A stretch of 64,000 bases of DNA from an uncultured delta proteobacterium (GCA_963727445.1 CAVSGI010000010.1:480001-544000), one strand, 5' to 3'. Positions 12,968 through 23,284 are shown, counted from the first letter of the stretch. The notes: generated by a model from the sequence alone, not told the origin. Made by a program: numbers and translations.

Positions 12968-14156
12968 GCCCGCCGTACACGTGGCCGAAGACGTCGCTGA
13001 AGTCGGTGTCGGCGAGGTCGAGGCTCGCGCGGAAGTGCGGGGCGACGTCGCGCTCGGGGGCGGCCTCGCGGGGCGCGGCGCCTGCGCCCACGTTGTCCGA
13101 GGCCTTCGCCAGGGCGCGCATCGCCTCCTCGAGGCTCTCGGCGGTGGGCACCGAGGCGTATTCGAGGTTGGGGGCGAGCCCGACCCCGGGCAGGTGCTTG
13201 CCCGCGTGCAGGCGCGGGCGGGCGACGAGGTCGTCCATCAGGTCCTCGACGGCGCGGCGCAGGAGGTGCTCACCGAAGTTGGTGATCTCCGTGTCCTCGT
13301 TGGCGAAGAGCACCCTGCCGGTGCGCCGCGCGCTATCGGCGACGGCGTCCCAGTCGTAAGGATGAAGCGTGCGGAGGTCGAGGATCTCGGCTTCGATCCC
13401 CTCACCCGAGAGCTTCTCTGCCGCCTGCTTGGCGGCCCACACCAGCCGCCCGTAGGTAACGATGGTGAGGTCCGAGCCCGCGCGCAGCGTGCGCGCCTTG
13501 CCGAGGGGGATGCCTTCGTGCGGCGTGTCGGGCCACTCGGGCTCCCAACCGGTGCGGTCGCCCAGGGGCGCGTCGATCATCCGGCTGAGCTCGCGCGCGT
13601 CTTCGGGCTCGCCCGGGATCAGGAACTCGGGTCCCGGCGCCTTGGCGCGCATCAGCGCCTTGGGCAGGAGCACCATCGTCGGGTTGGGATCACGGATGGC
13701 CGAGATCATCAGGCCGTAGGCGTCGAGGGGATTCGACGGCATGCAGATCTTCCAGCCGGGGATGCGGGTCGCCTGCGCGTCGAAGGAGTGCGAGTGGTAG
13801 ATGCTGCCGTGGATGCCGGCGCCTACCGGCGTCATGAGCACCAACGGCACGTTGAACTCGCCGTTCGACGACCAGAAGGTGTTGCCGGCGATCTTGAGCA
13901 GGTCGATGGTGTTGAAGGCGTAGTCGCAGAACTGGATCTCGGCGACGGGCTTCTGACCTGCGAGGGCGAGGCCGATGCCCATGCCGACGATGCCGCGCTC
14001 GTCGAGGGGCGTGTTCCACGCGGTCCTCAGGCCCTGGGTAGCGGTGAAGACGCCGCCGAGGGGCGGGCCGACGTCCTCGCCGAAGATGTCGGTGACGCCG
14101 AGGTGGGTCTCGCCGACGTGGAGCGCCATGCGCACGGCTTGAACGGTGGTGGCCAT
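12948..14156 (-). CDS. 2-oxoacid (probably branched-chain) dehydrogenase E1 beta subunit
   Basis: FGEDVG..GGVF.ATQGL, NTPLDERGIVG, VAEIQFCDY, HSHS, LDLRTLHPYDW; ATG overlaps the E1 alpha stop. The ORF track fuses it to alpha because of a frameshift. Confidence 0.9.
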   Translation of the reverse strand: MATTVQAVRMALHVGETHLGVTDIFGEDVGPPLGGVFTATQGLRTAWNTPLDERGIVGMGIGLALAGQKPVAEIQFCDYAFNTIDLLKIAGNTFWSSNGEFNVPLVLMTPVGAGIHGSIYHSHSFDAQATRIPGWKICMPSNPLDAYGLMISAIRDPNPTMVLLPKALMRAKAPGPEFLIPGEPEDARELSRMIDAPLGDRTGWEPEWPDTPHEGIPLGKARTLRAGSDLTIVTYGRLVWAAKQAAEKLSGEGIEAEILDLRTLHPYDWDAVADSARRTGRVLFANEDTEITNFGEHLLRRAVEDLMDDLVARPRLHAGKHLPGVGLAPNLEYASVPTAESLEEAMRALAKASDNVGAGAAPREAAPERDVAPHFRASLDLADTDFSDVFGHVYGGLSGADA

Positions 14157-15227
14157 CAGCCTTCCTCCCGGCGGGGGTGTGCCGATCGCTCGACGCCTTC
14201 GGCCGAAACGTCCTCGGTGGCGAAGACGTGCTTCCAGATGTCTTCCGGTGCGGGATCGGGCTCGTCCCTGATGGCGCGCGAAGCGTCCTGCAGCTTCTGC
14301 CAGAGCTCCTCGCGCAGCGTCTTCGACTCCTCGAGGCTGCGCAGGCCGCGCGCGTCGAGCTTCTTTTCGAGCTCCACCAGGCAGTCCACCTCTTCGGTGA
14401 CGTAGTTCGAGCCGGAGGAGGAGGAGTGGCCGTAGAGGCGCGAGAGGCGCGCCTCGAGCACGAAAGGCTTGCGCTCCTCGCGGACGTAGCGCATCGCCGC
14501 TTCGATCTCCCGGTAGCTCTCCTCGGGGTCGTTGCCGTCGATGACCTTGGTCTTCATCCCGAAGGCGATGCCGCGATCGGAGACGTTCTTCTCGCCGTGC
14601 TGGGTGCCCGCCGCGGTCGAGATCCCCCACTCGTTGTTGGCGACGATGATCAGGATCGGGCAGCTCCTGGCGTGGCCGCGAGGACCAGATGAGGCAGGTC
14701 GCGAAGTCGCCCTCGGCGGAGCCAGCGTCACCGCCCTGGACGATGGTGATGCCCGTGCAGCCGGCCTTGCGCTGCGCCATCGCCGTCCCGATCGCGACCG
14801 AGTACTGCACCTCGATGGGGCTCGAGATCGGGCACATGTTCCACTCGCGCACCGCGTAGTGACCGACGAAGTTGCGACCGCCGCTGTGGGGGTCGGTCGC
14901 CTTCATGCGCATCTGGCGCAGGCAGTCGATGGAGTCGCCGCCCATCGCCAGGAGAGTCGCGCTCGAGCGGTAGTGCAGATGCGTGAAGTCGTAGTCGAGG
15001 CCGCGGCCCTTCTTGATGTTCAGGCCGAGCGCGGTGTTGAACGCTTCCTCGCCGGGGCCGCCGATCCAGAAGAAGCCGTCGCCTTGCTTCTGCATGCGGA
15101 TCAGACGCTCTTCGAGGACGCGCGCCTCGAGCATGATGTCGTGCATTTGCAGCAGCAGCGCGTCCGGTAGGGCGTCCCGCTTCGTTTCGGCCGTGGTGGG
15201 GGCAGGGTGGGGCGGTGCGGTGCTCAC
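14156..15227 (-). CDS. 2-oxoacid dehydrogenase E1 alpha subunit (one frameshift near 14659)
   Basis: HYR, ThDP motif GDAGSAEGDF...NNEWGIS, RLYGHSSS; removing one C from CTGCCCGATC restores ELPILIIVANN. Confidence 0.85.
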
Positions 15228-15366
15228 GAAGCCCGCTCTATCACGGGCTCGGGGCAGGCGCAGGCGGGCCGGCCGAGGCGGTGAGGGAACGCACGAACGA
15301 CGCAGTGCGTCGACGCCACCACGGGCTGGTGAGAGGGAGGCGAACGGACTCACTGTACGATTCCGG

Positions 15367-16491
15367 GTGGTGTTGCTCGGGATCAATCTGCCCTGGGTGA
15401 AGTGCGGGCACGACTTCGGTCCGCGGCCGGCGGCCTGGGGCGGCGAGCGCGCGACGCCGCGGGATTGGTCCGAGGTGGAGGAGGAGCTACGGCGCTACGC
15501 CGACGCGGGGATGACGCTCACCCGCTTCTGGGTGCTCGCCGGGGGCTTGAACTATCCCGTGGGCGAAGGCGCTGACGGCTGCGCCATCGTCGCCACGCGC
15601 CGGCGGCGCGGGCGAGTGCGCAGCCACTGCGCGCTCGCGCTCCTTGCCGACGCCCCTCGGCCCGCGCTGCCCGCGTCATTCGTCGACGACTTCGCGGGCC
15701 TGTTGCGGGCGTGCGCGCGCGCCGGCGTCCGCGCCATCCCGTCGCTGCTCAGCTTCGAGCTCTTTCAGCCGCTGGTGCCCGTGTCGGCGACGATCAGCAA
15801 GCGCGGGCGCGGCGACCTGGTCTTCGGCTCGGAGCACGGGAGGAACGTCGGTCCTTTCTTCGACGCCGTCCTCGCGCCCCTCCTCGACGTGGCGCGCGCC
15901 GAGAGCGACGGCGTCTACGCCTTCGAAGTGATCAACGAGCCCGATTGGGTCGTCGCCGGAGGGCCGCTTCAGATCGACCGCGGCGCGTACGGCCTGTTGC
16001 CCAGCCCCCAGCTCGTCTCCCCCGCCCAGATGAGCACGCTCATCGACGAAGGCGTCCGCCGTATCACGAAGGCCGGCCTCGTCGCCTCCGTCGGTTTCGC
16101 CGACCCCGCGCCGAGGTGGCTCGCGCCCGAGGTGATGGCGCGTCTGCGTTCGCTCGCCGCCGAAGGGCGCTACGTCCACCAACGCCATCACTACCCGACG
16201 GCGCTCGGCGACCGCACGCTCCCGCACCATCAGGAGTCGCCCGTGACCCCGTGCATCGTCGGCGAGCTGCCGACGGCGATGGGCGGCGCCTTGGACAACA
16301 TCCGCTGGCGCGACCGCGAGGTGCGGAGCACCGAGCGCGATCCCGCGCGCTACCTCGAAGGGCGGCTACGGCTGATCCACGACGCGCGCGGCTACCCCGC
16401 GTCGCTCCTCTGGTCGGCGCGCTCGGGCGACAGCCGGCGCACCTGGGGTGAGGCGCAGCTCGCCCAGGTGAGGCGATACGCGGGGCGGTGA
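15367..16491 (+). CDS. Clan GH-A glycoside hydrolase (GH5-like, possibly mannanase-type)
   Basis: GINLPW..GHDFG N-terminus, acid/base EVINEP, nucleophile region IVGELP; no signal peptide. Confidence 0.7.
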   Translation: MVLLGINLPWVKCGHDFGPRPAAWGGERATPRDWSEVEEELRRYADAGMTLTRFWVLAGGLNYPVGEGADGCAIVATRRRRGRVRSHCALALLADAPRPALPASFVDDFAGLLRACARAGVRAIPSLLSFELFQPLVPVSATISKRGRGDLVFGSEHGRNVGPFFDAVLAPLLDVARAESDGVYAFEVINEPDWVVAGGPLQIDRGAYGLLPSPQLVSPAQMSTLIDEGVRRITKAGLVASVGFADPAPRWLAPEVMARLRSLAAEGRYVHQRHHYPTALGDRTLPHHQESPVTPCIVGELPTAMGGALDNIRWRDREVRSTERDPARYLEGRLRLIHDARGYPASLLWSARSGDSRRTWGEAQLAQVRRYAGR

Positions 16492-16542
16492 GCGCGAGGG
16501 CAGCGGCCTCGAGCACATCCGACGCGGGCGGCGCCGTCCGCG

Positions 16543-17265
16543 TCAGTGCGCTGGCTGACCCGCGCTGTCTCCCCAGATCTCCCGCAGACGTCGGTCGCGC
16601 CCGCAGCCTTCGCGATAGGAGTGATAGCGCGTCGGGTTCTTCCGGTAGAAGTCCTGGTGATAGTCCTCCGCGACCCAGAAGGTGGAAGCGGGGAGGATCT
16701 GCGTCGCGACGTCTTCGTCCAGCGCGCGCGCCACCTCTTCCTTGCTCTCGGTGGCGAGGCGTCGCTCTTCGTCGTCAGCGACGAAGATGGCCGAACGGTA
16801 GGAGTCGCCGCGGTCACAGAACTGCCCGTCGGCCTGACCGGGGTCGATGTTGTGCCAGAAGATGTCCAGCAGGCGCGCATAGGTAGTCTCGTCGGGGTCG
16901 TAGATCACACGCACCGCTTCGTAGTGTCCCGTGAGGTGGGCGCCCACCTGCTCGTAGGTCGGGTGGTCCATGTGGCCGCCGGTGTAGCCCGAGGTCACGG
17001 AGATCACGCCGGGCTGGCCTTCGAAGGCGGTCTCGACACACCAGAAGCACCCGCCGGCGAAGATGGCCTCCGCCTGCCCCGCTTCGAGCGGGGGGGCGGC
17101 CGGCTGGCCCTCGTGGGTTTCCTCGCTGGCTTCGGCGGAGGCGTGGCCGTTCGCGGGCGCGGTGGTGGAGCCCGACGAGGGGCTCTGCCCGTTCTGAGAG
17201 CAGGCCGCGAGGCCGACTGCCAGCGCCAGGGAGAGGAAGGTCGGGATGGCGATGTGGTGCTTCAT
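16543..17265 (-). CDS. msrA: Peptide-methionine (S)-S-oxide reductase, lipoprotein
   Basis: FAGGCFWCVE, GYTGG, GHYEAV, GQFCDRG..YRSAIF, AEDYHQ; lipobox GLAAC; coupled to the msrB stop. Confidence 0.96.
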   Translation of the reverse strand: MKHHIAIPTFLSLALAVGLAACSQNGQSPSSGSTTAPANGHASAEASEETHEGQPAAPPLEAGQAEAIFAGGCFWCVETAFEGQPGVISVTSGYTGGHMDHPTYEQVGAHLTGHYEAVRVIYDPDETTYARLLDIFWHNIDPGQADGQFCDRGDSYRSAIFVADDEERRLATESKEEVARALDEDVATQILPASTFWVAEDYHQDFYRKNPTRYHSYREGCGRDRRLREIWGDSAGQPAH

Positions 17266-17807
17266 GACGGCACGAAGGTGAGGCTGACGGAGTTGATGCA
17301 GTGGCGTTCGCCGGTGGGCGGCGGGCCGTCGTCGAAGACGTGACCCAGGTGCCCCTCGCAGCGCGCGCAGTGGAGCTCGGTGCGGACCATCCCGTGGGAG
17401 CGATCCGACGTGCGGGCCACGCGGCCCGGCTCGATGGCCTGGTAGAACGACGGCCAGCCCGTGCCCGAATCGAACTTGTGCCGCGACGAGTAGAGCGGTG
17501 CGCCGCATCCGGCGCAGTAGAAGGTCCCGTCTCGGTGCTCGTCGTAGCCGGCGCTGAAGGCGCGCTCGGTGCCCTGTCGCCTCAGCACGCGGTACTGCTC
17601 GCGGGTGAGTCGCTCGCGCCACTCTTCGTCCGAGAGCTCGAGTCGGTCACCGACGGGCGGTGGATGCGCCTGTACGCGGGACACCGGCCGCGAAGGACCG
17701 GGCCACGCGCCCGAGGCGCTCGTCTCGTGGTCATCACCCAACGCCCGCGAGCAAGCGGCCCCGATGGGGGCTGCCGCGAGCAAGAAGATCAGCTTTCTAC
17801 GTCGCAT
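17262..17807 (-). CDS. msrB: Peptide-methionine (R)-S-oxide reductase, exported
   Basis: GTERAF, CAGC/CARC Zn ligands, KFDSGTGWPSF, HLGHVF.DGP, RHCINS; N-terminus RRRKLIF..GAAC (Tat/lipoprotein-like). Confidence 0.96.
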   Translation of the reverse strand: MRRRKLIFLLAAAPIGAACSRALGDDHETSASGAWPGPSRPVSRVQAHPPPVGDRLELSDEEWRERLTREQYRVLRRQGTERAFSAGYDEHRDGTFYCAGCGAPLYSSRHKFDSGTGWPSFYQAIEPGRVARTSDRSHGMVRTELHCARCEGHLGHVFDDGPPPTGERHCINSVSLTFVPS

Positions 17808-17869
17808 TCGTACGGTCCTACGCGCGAGGCCGCTGGGTTGTTACGCGCGACCGTCGCGGCCGGATCGGA

Positions 17870-19057
17870 TCAATGTCCGCCGCCCTGCATCAGGGACAGG
17901 CCGCCGATGATGCAGGCCGTGAGCGTCAGGGCCAGGACGACGGCGGCGGCTATCTTGATCCAGCTGTAGGGGGCCTTGCCCGAGATCTCGCCTGTCTGAC
18001 CGTTCACCACGAAGCGATAGACCTGATCGTTGTAGCGGTAGCTGGCGATGAAGAGGGGCAGAAGGACGTGCTTGAAGGTCGTCTGGGACAGCCGGGTCGT
18101 GACGCTCAGGCCACGCTGGGTGTCGCCGGGCACGTCACTCGAGCAGCGGGAGCGCTGCGAGTCGTTGATGCGCCCGCTGGCGCGGCTCCACCCTTCGTTG
18201 AGGGGCAGGGCGTACTCCTCTGCCCGCCAGCCGGCGAGGTAGCCGGGGGCGTAGGGGACGAGGCGCTTGGTGTCGAAGGTCTTGAGCTTCTCGGCGAGGT
18301 CGACGGGCAGCCCCTTCGACGCGCAGACCAACACGTCGTCGTAATGGTCGCGCCGCGATCCCCACGCGGGTTGCCAGCGGGTGTGGCGAACGCGGCGCGT
18401 CTTCGTCGTTCCGTCGGAGGCCTTGTACTGCTCCTCGGTGTAGTAGTAGTAGCCGGCCTGCGCGGTCCAACGCGAGTCGGCCTGGGCGTCGAAGGTCCAG
18501 TAGGGGACGTAGATGCCGGCGATCTGTCCGAGGCTCGCGCGCTGCTTGAGGTCCGAGGGACGGAACCACAAGCCGGAGAGCCACGACTTGAAGCGCGCTT
18601 TCGCGTTGTCCTGATCGACACCGAAGGGCAGGAGCGACTCGGGGCGGATCAGGTTTCGATTCGCCTGCTGTTCCATCACCTGCGTCGAGCCGCAGAACTC
18701 GCAGAAGGTCGCGGTGACACTTCCGTCGAAGCTCACGCGCGCGCCGCACTCGCGACACTCGGTGGTACGTACGGGGACGCCGAGGCCGCGCTCGGTCGCG
18801 GCGGCGATGCCCTGCTCGAGGTCGTACTCGACGATGGCCTCGGTGGCTTCCTGTGCCTCTTCGGACTGCGCGACCGCCATGGTGTTGCCGCAGTACTGGC
18901 ACGACATGCACCCGCGGGCGGCGTCGAAGGCCATCTGGGCGCCGCACTGGATGCACTCGAAGTCGTTCGCTTGGGCGTTCGGCTCGGCGAAGGTCGGGGG
19001 CTGTTCCACGAGGGCGATCAAGCGTGCCTGAGGGCCGGTCGTCAACGGCGGAATCAT
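17870..19057 (-). CDS. Multi-zinc-ribbon membrane-anchored protein (TFIIB-type zinc ribbon family)
   Basis: Four CxxC pairs (CIQC, CQYC, CREC, CEFC); GIYVPYWTFD; FKHVLLP; VNGQTG; C-terminal TM. Start may be the GTG near 19009. Confidence 0.8.
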   Translation of the reverse strand: MIPPLTTGPQARLIALVEQPPTFAEPNAQANDFECIQCGAQMAFDAARGCMSCQYCGNTMAVAQSEEAQEATEAIVEYDLEQGIAAATERGLGVPVRTTECRECGARVSFDGSVTATFCEFCGSTQVMEQQANRNLIRPESLLPFGVDQDNAKARFKSWLSGLWFRPSDLKQRASLGQIAGIYVPYWTFDAQADSRWTAQAGYYYYTEEQYKASDGTTKTRRVRHTRWQPAWGSRRDHYDDVLVCASKGLPVDLAEKLKTFDTKRLVPYAPGYLAGWRAEEYALPLNEGWSRASGRINDSQRSRCSSDVPGDTQRGLSVTTRLSQTTFKHVLLPLFIASYRYNDQVYRFVVNGQTGEISGKAPYSWIKIAAAVVLALTLTACIIGGLSLMQGGGH

Positions 19058-19115
19058 TCAGATCATCGCCGAGTCCCGCCCGTCTCCAAGGGAACGTGGG
19101 ATAAGAGAGGAAGCT

Positions 19116-20238
19116 GTGCGGTCGTTTTTCGTCGGGATGTCGGGGGCGTTGTGGCTTTGGCTCTGGGTCGGGGCGGCCTCCGCCCAGGATCCCTGTGAGG
19201 GTGTCGACTGCGCCGGGGTGGGGACCTGTTTCTCCGAGCGCGATCTCGCCACCTGTCTCTGCGATGCCGGGTACGAAGCGGTTGGCGAAACCTGCGAGCC
19301 AGCGACCGCGACCTTCGATCCCATTCGCGAGCGACATCGGGACGGCGTGGGGGATGAGGTGGTGGCCATCGCCCGCGCGCAGCTCGGGCTGGGACCGTAC
19401 CGCGTCGGCCGACGATGGAACGGCGACCTCGAGCCGCTCCACGAATACCTCGCACCCCACGAGATGTGGTGCACCGATTTCGTCTCGTGGGTGTACCGCG
19501 CCGCGGAGGTGCCCTTCGACGGAGGCGACGAGGGCTGGCAGAATCCGGAACAACCGGGCGGCGCGCGCCTGGTTCCGGCGGCGTGACCTTTGGGTCGATC
19601 GGTACGACGAGGGCTGGGAGAGCTTCGAGCCTTCGCCGGGCGACTACGTTCGCTTCGACACCGCGCGCGGCTTTGGCCACAGCGCCATCGTCGCGGCCGT
19701 GGAGGACGGCACCCTCGTGACCATCGAGGGCAACTTTTCGAACGAGGTGCGCGTCGAGCGTCACCACGGCTACCGCCACGACCGCCTTCTCGACGGATTC
19801 GGGATCCTCTCGCTCGAAAACGCGGCGCCAGAGGTGAAGGTGGGCTCGCCGCGGATGCGCGCAGGCGAGGATGGCTCGGTTGTCCTCGATGCCACCGTCA
19901 TGGACGACGGCCCCGAAGACGAGCTCACCGTCAGCTGGTCCCGAAAGGAAGGCCCGGGGCTCGTGCGCTTCGACGACCCGTGGTCGCCCAGGACCCGGGC
20001 GACGGTTTCCGGGCCCGGTGTCTACGTCGTTTCTCTCGCCGTCGACGACGGGGCGCTGGTGACGACGGCGGAGATCGTCGTGGAGCTCGAAGAGGAAGAG
20101 CAGGCGTGGGCGGACGCGGTCGACGAGCCTGCGGAGCCCGGTGGGTTCGGCTGCACTGCGTGCGGCCGACCTGCCACCGGGCTGAGCGTCCTGCTCCTGC
20201 TCCTGCTCTTCGTAGCTCGGCCGCGGCCTTCGAGATGA
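19116..20238 (+). CDS. CHAP-domain peptidoglycan hydrolase with EGF-like N-terminus, PKD-like domain and MYXO-CTERM-like tail (one frameshift near 19541)
   Basis: WCTDFVSWVY (Cys) in the first frame; GHSAIV and TIEGN in the second; removing one A from CAGAATCCGG gives GWQIRNN; tail GCTAC-TM-RPR. Confidence 0.8.
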
Positions 20239-20251
20239 ACGCAGCGAGCGC

Positions 20252-20812
20252 TCACCCTTCGGGCGTCCCGTCGACGGGGGGCATGTCGCCGGTGGTGCAA
20301 GCCTCGACGTAGGGCGCGCACGACGGCGGGGGCGTGGAGTCCAGCAAGAGGTCGCGCACGCGTTCGTCTCCCGCGTTGGCGCAGTCGTAGAGGTCCATGC
20401 GCGCATCGAGCTCGGCGAGGGTGTCGTCGTAGCAGCGCTCGAGCTCGCCGACGGTGATGTCGCAGGTGTCCGGCGGGGGGAGGGCCGTGTCGCAATTGAT
20501 CTCGTCCGAGGGGCTTGGCTCGGAGGGATCGGCCATCTCCCGTTCGACGCACGCGTCGCGCATCTCCACGCAGCCTTCCGGCGAATCCGCGGTGAAGAGC
20601 CCAGCGAGGGTGCAGGTGGTCAGGGCGTCCGATTGCGAGGCGATGAGGTCACCGAAATCCTCGAGCGTCGATTCGCAGACCGCGCGGAGCTCGCTCGCGT
20701 CGAGCTCGTTCACGCGCTTGTCGGGGTCCACCCCACTGTGTGATTGGTTGCACGCCCACAGGGCGCAAGATGCCATCAAGAGCCCGAGGCTCCTCTTCGT
20801 CGAAGCAGTCAT
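20252..20812 (-). CDS. Cys-rich lipoprotein
   Basis: Lipobox ALWAC; SGVD..K....L....C and CDITVGELERC patterns. Confidence 0.8.
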   Translation of the reverse strand: MTASTKRSLGLLMASCALWACNQSHSGVDPDKRVNELDASELRAVCESTLEDFGDLIASQSDALTTCTLAGLFTADSPEGCVEMRDACVEREMADPSEPSPSDEINCDTALPPPDTCDITVGELERCYDDTLAELDARMDLYDCANAGDERVRDLLLDSTPPPSCAPYVEACTTGDMPPVDGTPEG

Positions 20813-20940
20813 GAAATCTCCTGTTCCCGACGTTCGGGAAATCGTTCCTGACCACGGGGCTGTTCAAGGACCGTGCCGGCGCTTCGAGTGGGGATCGGGG
20901 CGCCGTTCGTGAACGCACCTTCACTCACCCGAGACCACGG

Positions 20941-20959
20941 TGTGCCACTGAGTGGCACA
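20941..20959. promoter_or_regulatory. 19-bp palindrome (perfect 9-bp arms), candidate regulator binding site
   Basis: TGTGCCACT-G-AGTGGCACA in the divergent intergenic region upstream of glgX. Confidence 0.5.
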
Positions 20960-21190
20960 AGGGCCGATGGACTGGGGACCTGCCCTTTCCGACGCTCGGC
21001 GACGCGGGCGCCACCGACGGAGGCTACGACTCGCCCGCCGTGGACGCGGGGCGCGCGGACGGCCCGGACGCCCTGTCCCCGCCCGGCGCCGTAGGACGGC
21101 GTGCACCAGCGCCGTCCGGACCTGCCGTCGGGGGCCGCCTTTCGCTCGATCGCCGATCGTGCCTACATGGGCCTTCGTCATGGAGATGAG

Positions 21191-23284
21191 ATGACCGCGA
21201 GCACCATCCCTCCCAGGGCCGTCTCGGCTGGAAAGCCTTATCCCGTCGGCGCGACGGTGCGCCCCGATGGAGTCCACTTCTCGCTCTACAGTCACGACGC
21301 CACCGCCGTCGAGCTCCTCCTCTTCGACGACCCTGCAGACTCGAAAGCGATTGCGCGTTTCGCGCTCGACCGACAGGAAAACCACACGGCCAACTACTGG
21401 CACTGTTTCGTTCCCGGCATCGGCGCTGGGCAGCTGTACGGCTATCGCGTGTACGGGCCCTACGATCCACCGAAGGGACACCGCTTCGATCCCAGCAAGC
21501 TGCTCGTCGATCCCTACGCCAGAGCGGTCGTCGACGATCACTACGAGCGGGCCGCTGCGCTCCGCCTCGGAGCGAAGAACACGGGGCAGGCGATCAAATC
21601 GGTGGTCGTCGATCCCGACGACTACGACTGGGAGGGCGACGCTCCTCTCAACCGCGAGCTGCGCGGGGGATCGATCTACGAGGCGCACGTCCGTGGCTTC
21701 ACGAGGCACCCGAGCTCTGGCATCGCCCCGGAGCTTCGCGGGACTTACGCCGGCTTCATCGAGAAGATCCCGCATCTGGTCGAGCTCGGGGTCGAGATGG
21801 TGGAGCTCCTCCCGGTTCAGCACTTCGATGCGCAGACCGGACCCCTCGCCCGCCCCGATCTCGTCAACTACTGGGGCTACCAGCCCATCGCGCTCTCCGC
21901 GCCCCACCGGGGCTACAGCGCCGACCGGAGCCTCCTCGGGCCGGTGAACGAGTTTCGAGACCTGGTCAAGGCGCTGCACCGCGCCGGAATCGAGGTGCTG
22001 CTCGACGTCGTGTTCAACCACACGGCGGAGGACAACGAGCATGGGCCCACGCTCTGCTTCAAGGGGATCGACAACCGCGTCTATTATCACCTCGAGACCG
22101 GCGATGAGTCGCGCTACGTCAACGTGAGCGGTGTGGGCAACACGCTCAACGCCAATCACACCATCGTCCGGCGGATGATCCTCGACCATCTCCGCTATTG
22201 GGTCGAGCACATGCACGTCGATGGATTTCGCTTCGACCTCGCGTCAGCGCTCGCGCGCGGCCGCGGCGCTGCGCTGCTGCGCGATCCGCCTCTGCTCCTG
22301 GACATCGACTCCGATCCCATCCTCGCCGACACCAAGATCATCGCCGAGCCCTGGGACGCTTGCGGCCTGTATCAGGTGGGCACCTTCGTCGGCAATCGCT
22401 GGGCGGTCTGGAATGGGCGGTATCGGGACACGGTGCGACGCTTCATGCGTGGCGACGAAGGCCAGGTCTGGGATCTCGCCGACGTCATCAGCGGAAGCGA
22501 GCGCGTCTTCGGTCAGCCTCAGCGCGACCCGTTGCGCAGCGTGAACTTCGTCACGGCTCACGACGGCTTCACGCTGAACGACCTGGTCTCCTATCAGCAC
22601 AAGCACAACGAAGACAACGGTCACGACAACAACGATGGCGCCGACGACGGCGACTCCTGGAACTGCGGAGTCGAGGGCCCAACCGACGACCCCGAGGTCC
22701 TCGCGCTGCGCGCCCGTCAGGTCAGGAACTTCTTCACCATCCTCTTGCTCTCTCAGGGGCGACCGATGATCTCCATGGGCGACGAGCTGCTCCGGACCCA
22801 GCACGGCAACAACAACGCCTACTGTCAGGACAACGAGATCAGCTGGCTCGATTGGCGCCTGGCGAAGGACAATGGCGACGTGCTGCGGTTCGTGAGCTCG
22901 CTCATGCGTCTGCGTCACGAGAGTATCCTCTACGAGGATCGGCTTCTGTGGGCGCTGCCAGGCGGTACCGACATCTTCTGGCACGGAGTTCAGACCGGTA
23001 GGCCCGACTGGGGGCACGGCTCCCGCTCATTGGCCTTCGAGCTGCTCCACCCGGACCACGACGACCGACTCTACGTCGCCATCAACGCATGGGAGGAGCC
23101 GCTCACCTTCGAAGTCCCCACACCACCGCCGGGACAGGACTGGGGGCGCCTGATCGACACCTCTCGGACCTCACCCGAGGATTTCAGGAATCCTCCGGCA
23201 CGGCTCGCCGACGCGTCCTTCCTCACCGTTGGCGCTCACTCCATCGGCGTCCTGCGCACCTGGCGTCCATCGGCTGGGGTTTGA
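21191..23284 (+). CDS. glgX: Glycogen debranching enzyme / isoamylase (GH13)
   Basis: YPVGA, IYEAHVRGFT, NYWGY, LDVVFNHT, VDGFRFDLA, IAEPWD, SVNFVTAHDGFTLNDLVSY, GNNNAYCQDNE. Confidence 0.96.
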   Translation: MTASTIPPRAVSAGKPYPVGATVRPDGVHFSLYSHDATAVELLLFDDPADSKAIARFALDRQENHTANYWHCFVPGIGAGQLYGYRVYGPYDPPKGHRFDPSKLLVDPYARAVVDDHYERAAALRLGAKNTGQAIKSVVVDPDDYDWEGDAPLNRELRGGSIYEAHVRGFTRHPSSGIAPELRGTYAGFIEKIPHLVELGVEMVELLPVQHFDAQTGPLARPDLVNYWGYQPIALSAPHRGYSADRSLLGPVNEFRDLVKALHRAGIEVLLDVVFNHTAEDNEHGPTLCFKGIDNRVYYHLETGDESRYVNVSGVGNTLNANHTIVRRMILDHLRYWVEHMHVDGFRFDLASALARGRGAALLRDPPLLLDIDSDPILADTKIIAEPWDACGLYQVGTFVGNRWAVWNGRYRDTVRRFMRGDEGQVWDLADVISGSERVFGQPQRDPLRSVNFVTAHDGFTLNDLVSYQHKHNEDNGHDNNDGADDGDSWNCGVEGPTDDPEVLALRARQVRNFFTILLLSQGRPMISMGDELLRTQHGNNNAYCQDNEISWLDWRLAKDNGDVLRFVSSLMRLRHESILYEDRLLWALPGGTDIFWHGVQTGRPDWGHGSRSLAFELLHPDHDDRLYVAINAWEEPLTFEVPTPPPGQDWGRLIDTSRTSPEDFRNPPARLADASFLTVGAHSIGVLRTWRPSAGV

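Noticed and set aside
12948..15386. 812-aa fused E1 alpha-beta ORF
   Set aside because: Product of a one-base insertion; the linker frame is junk, and separate alpha and beta genes with an ATGA overlap are evident.
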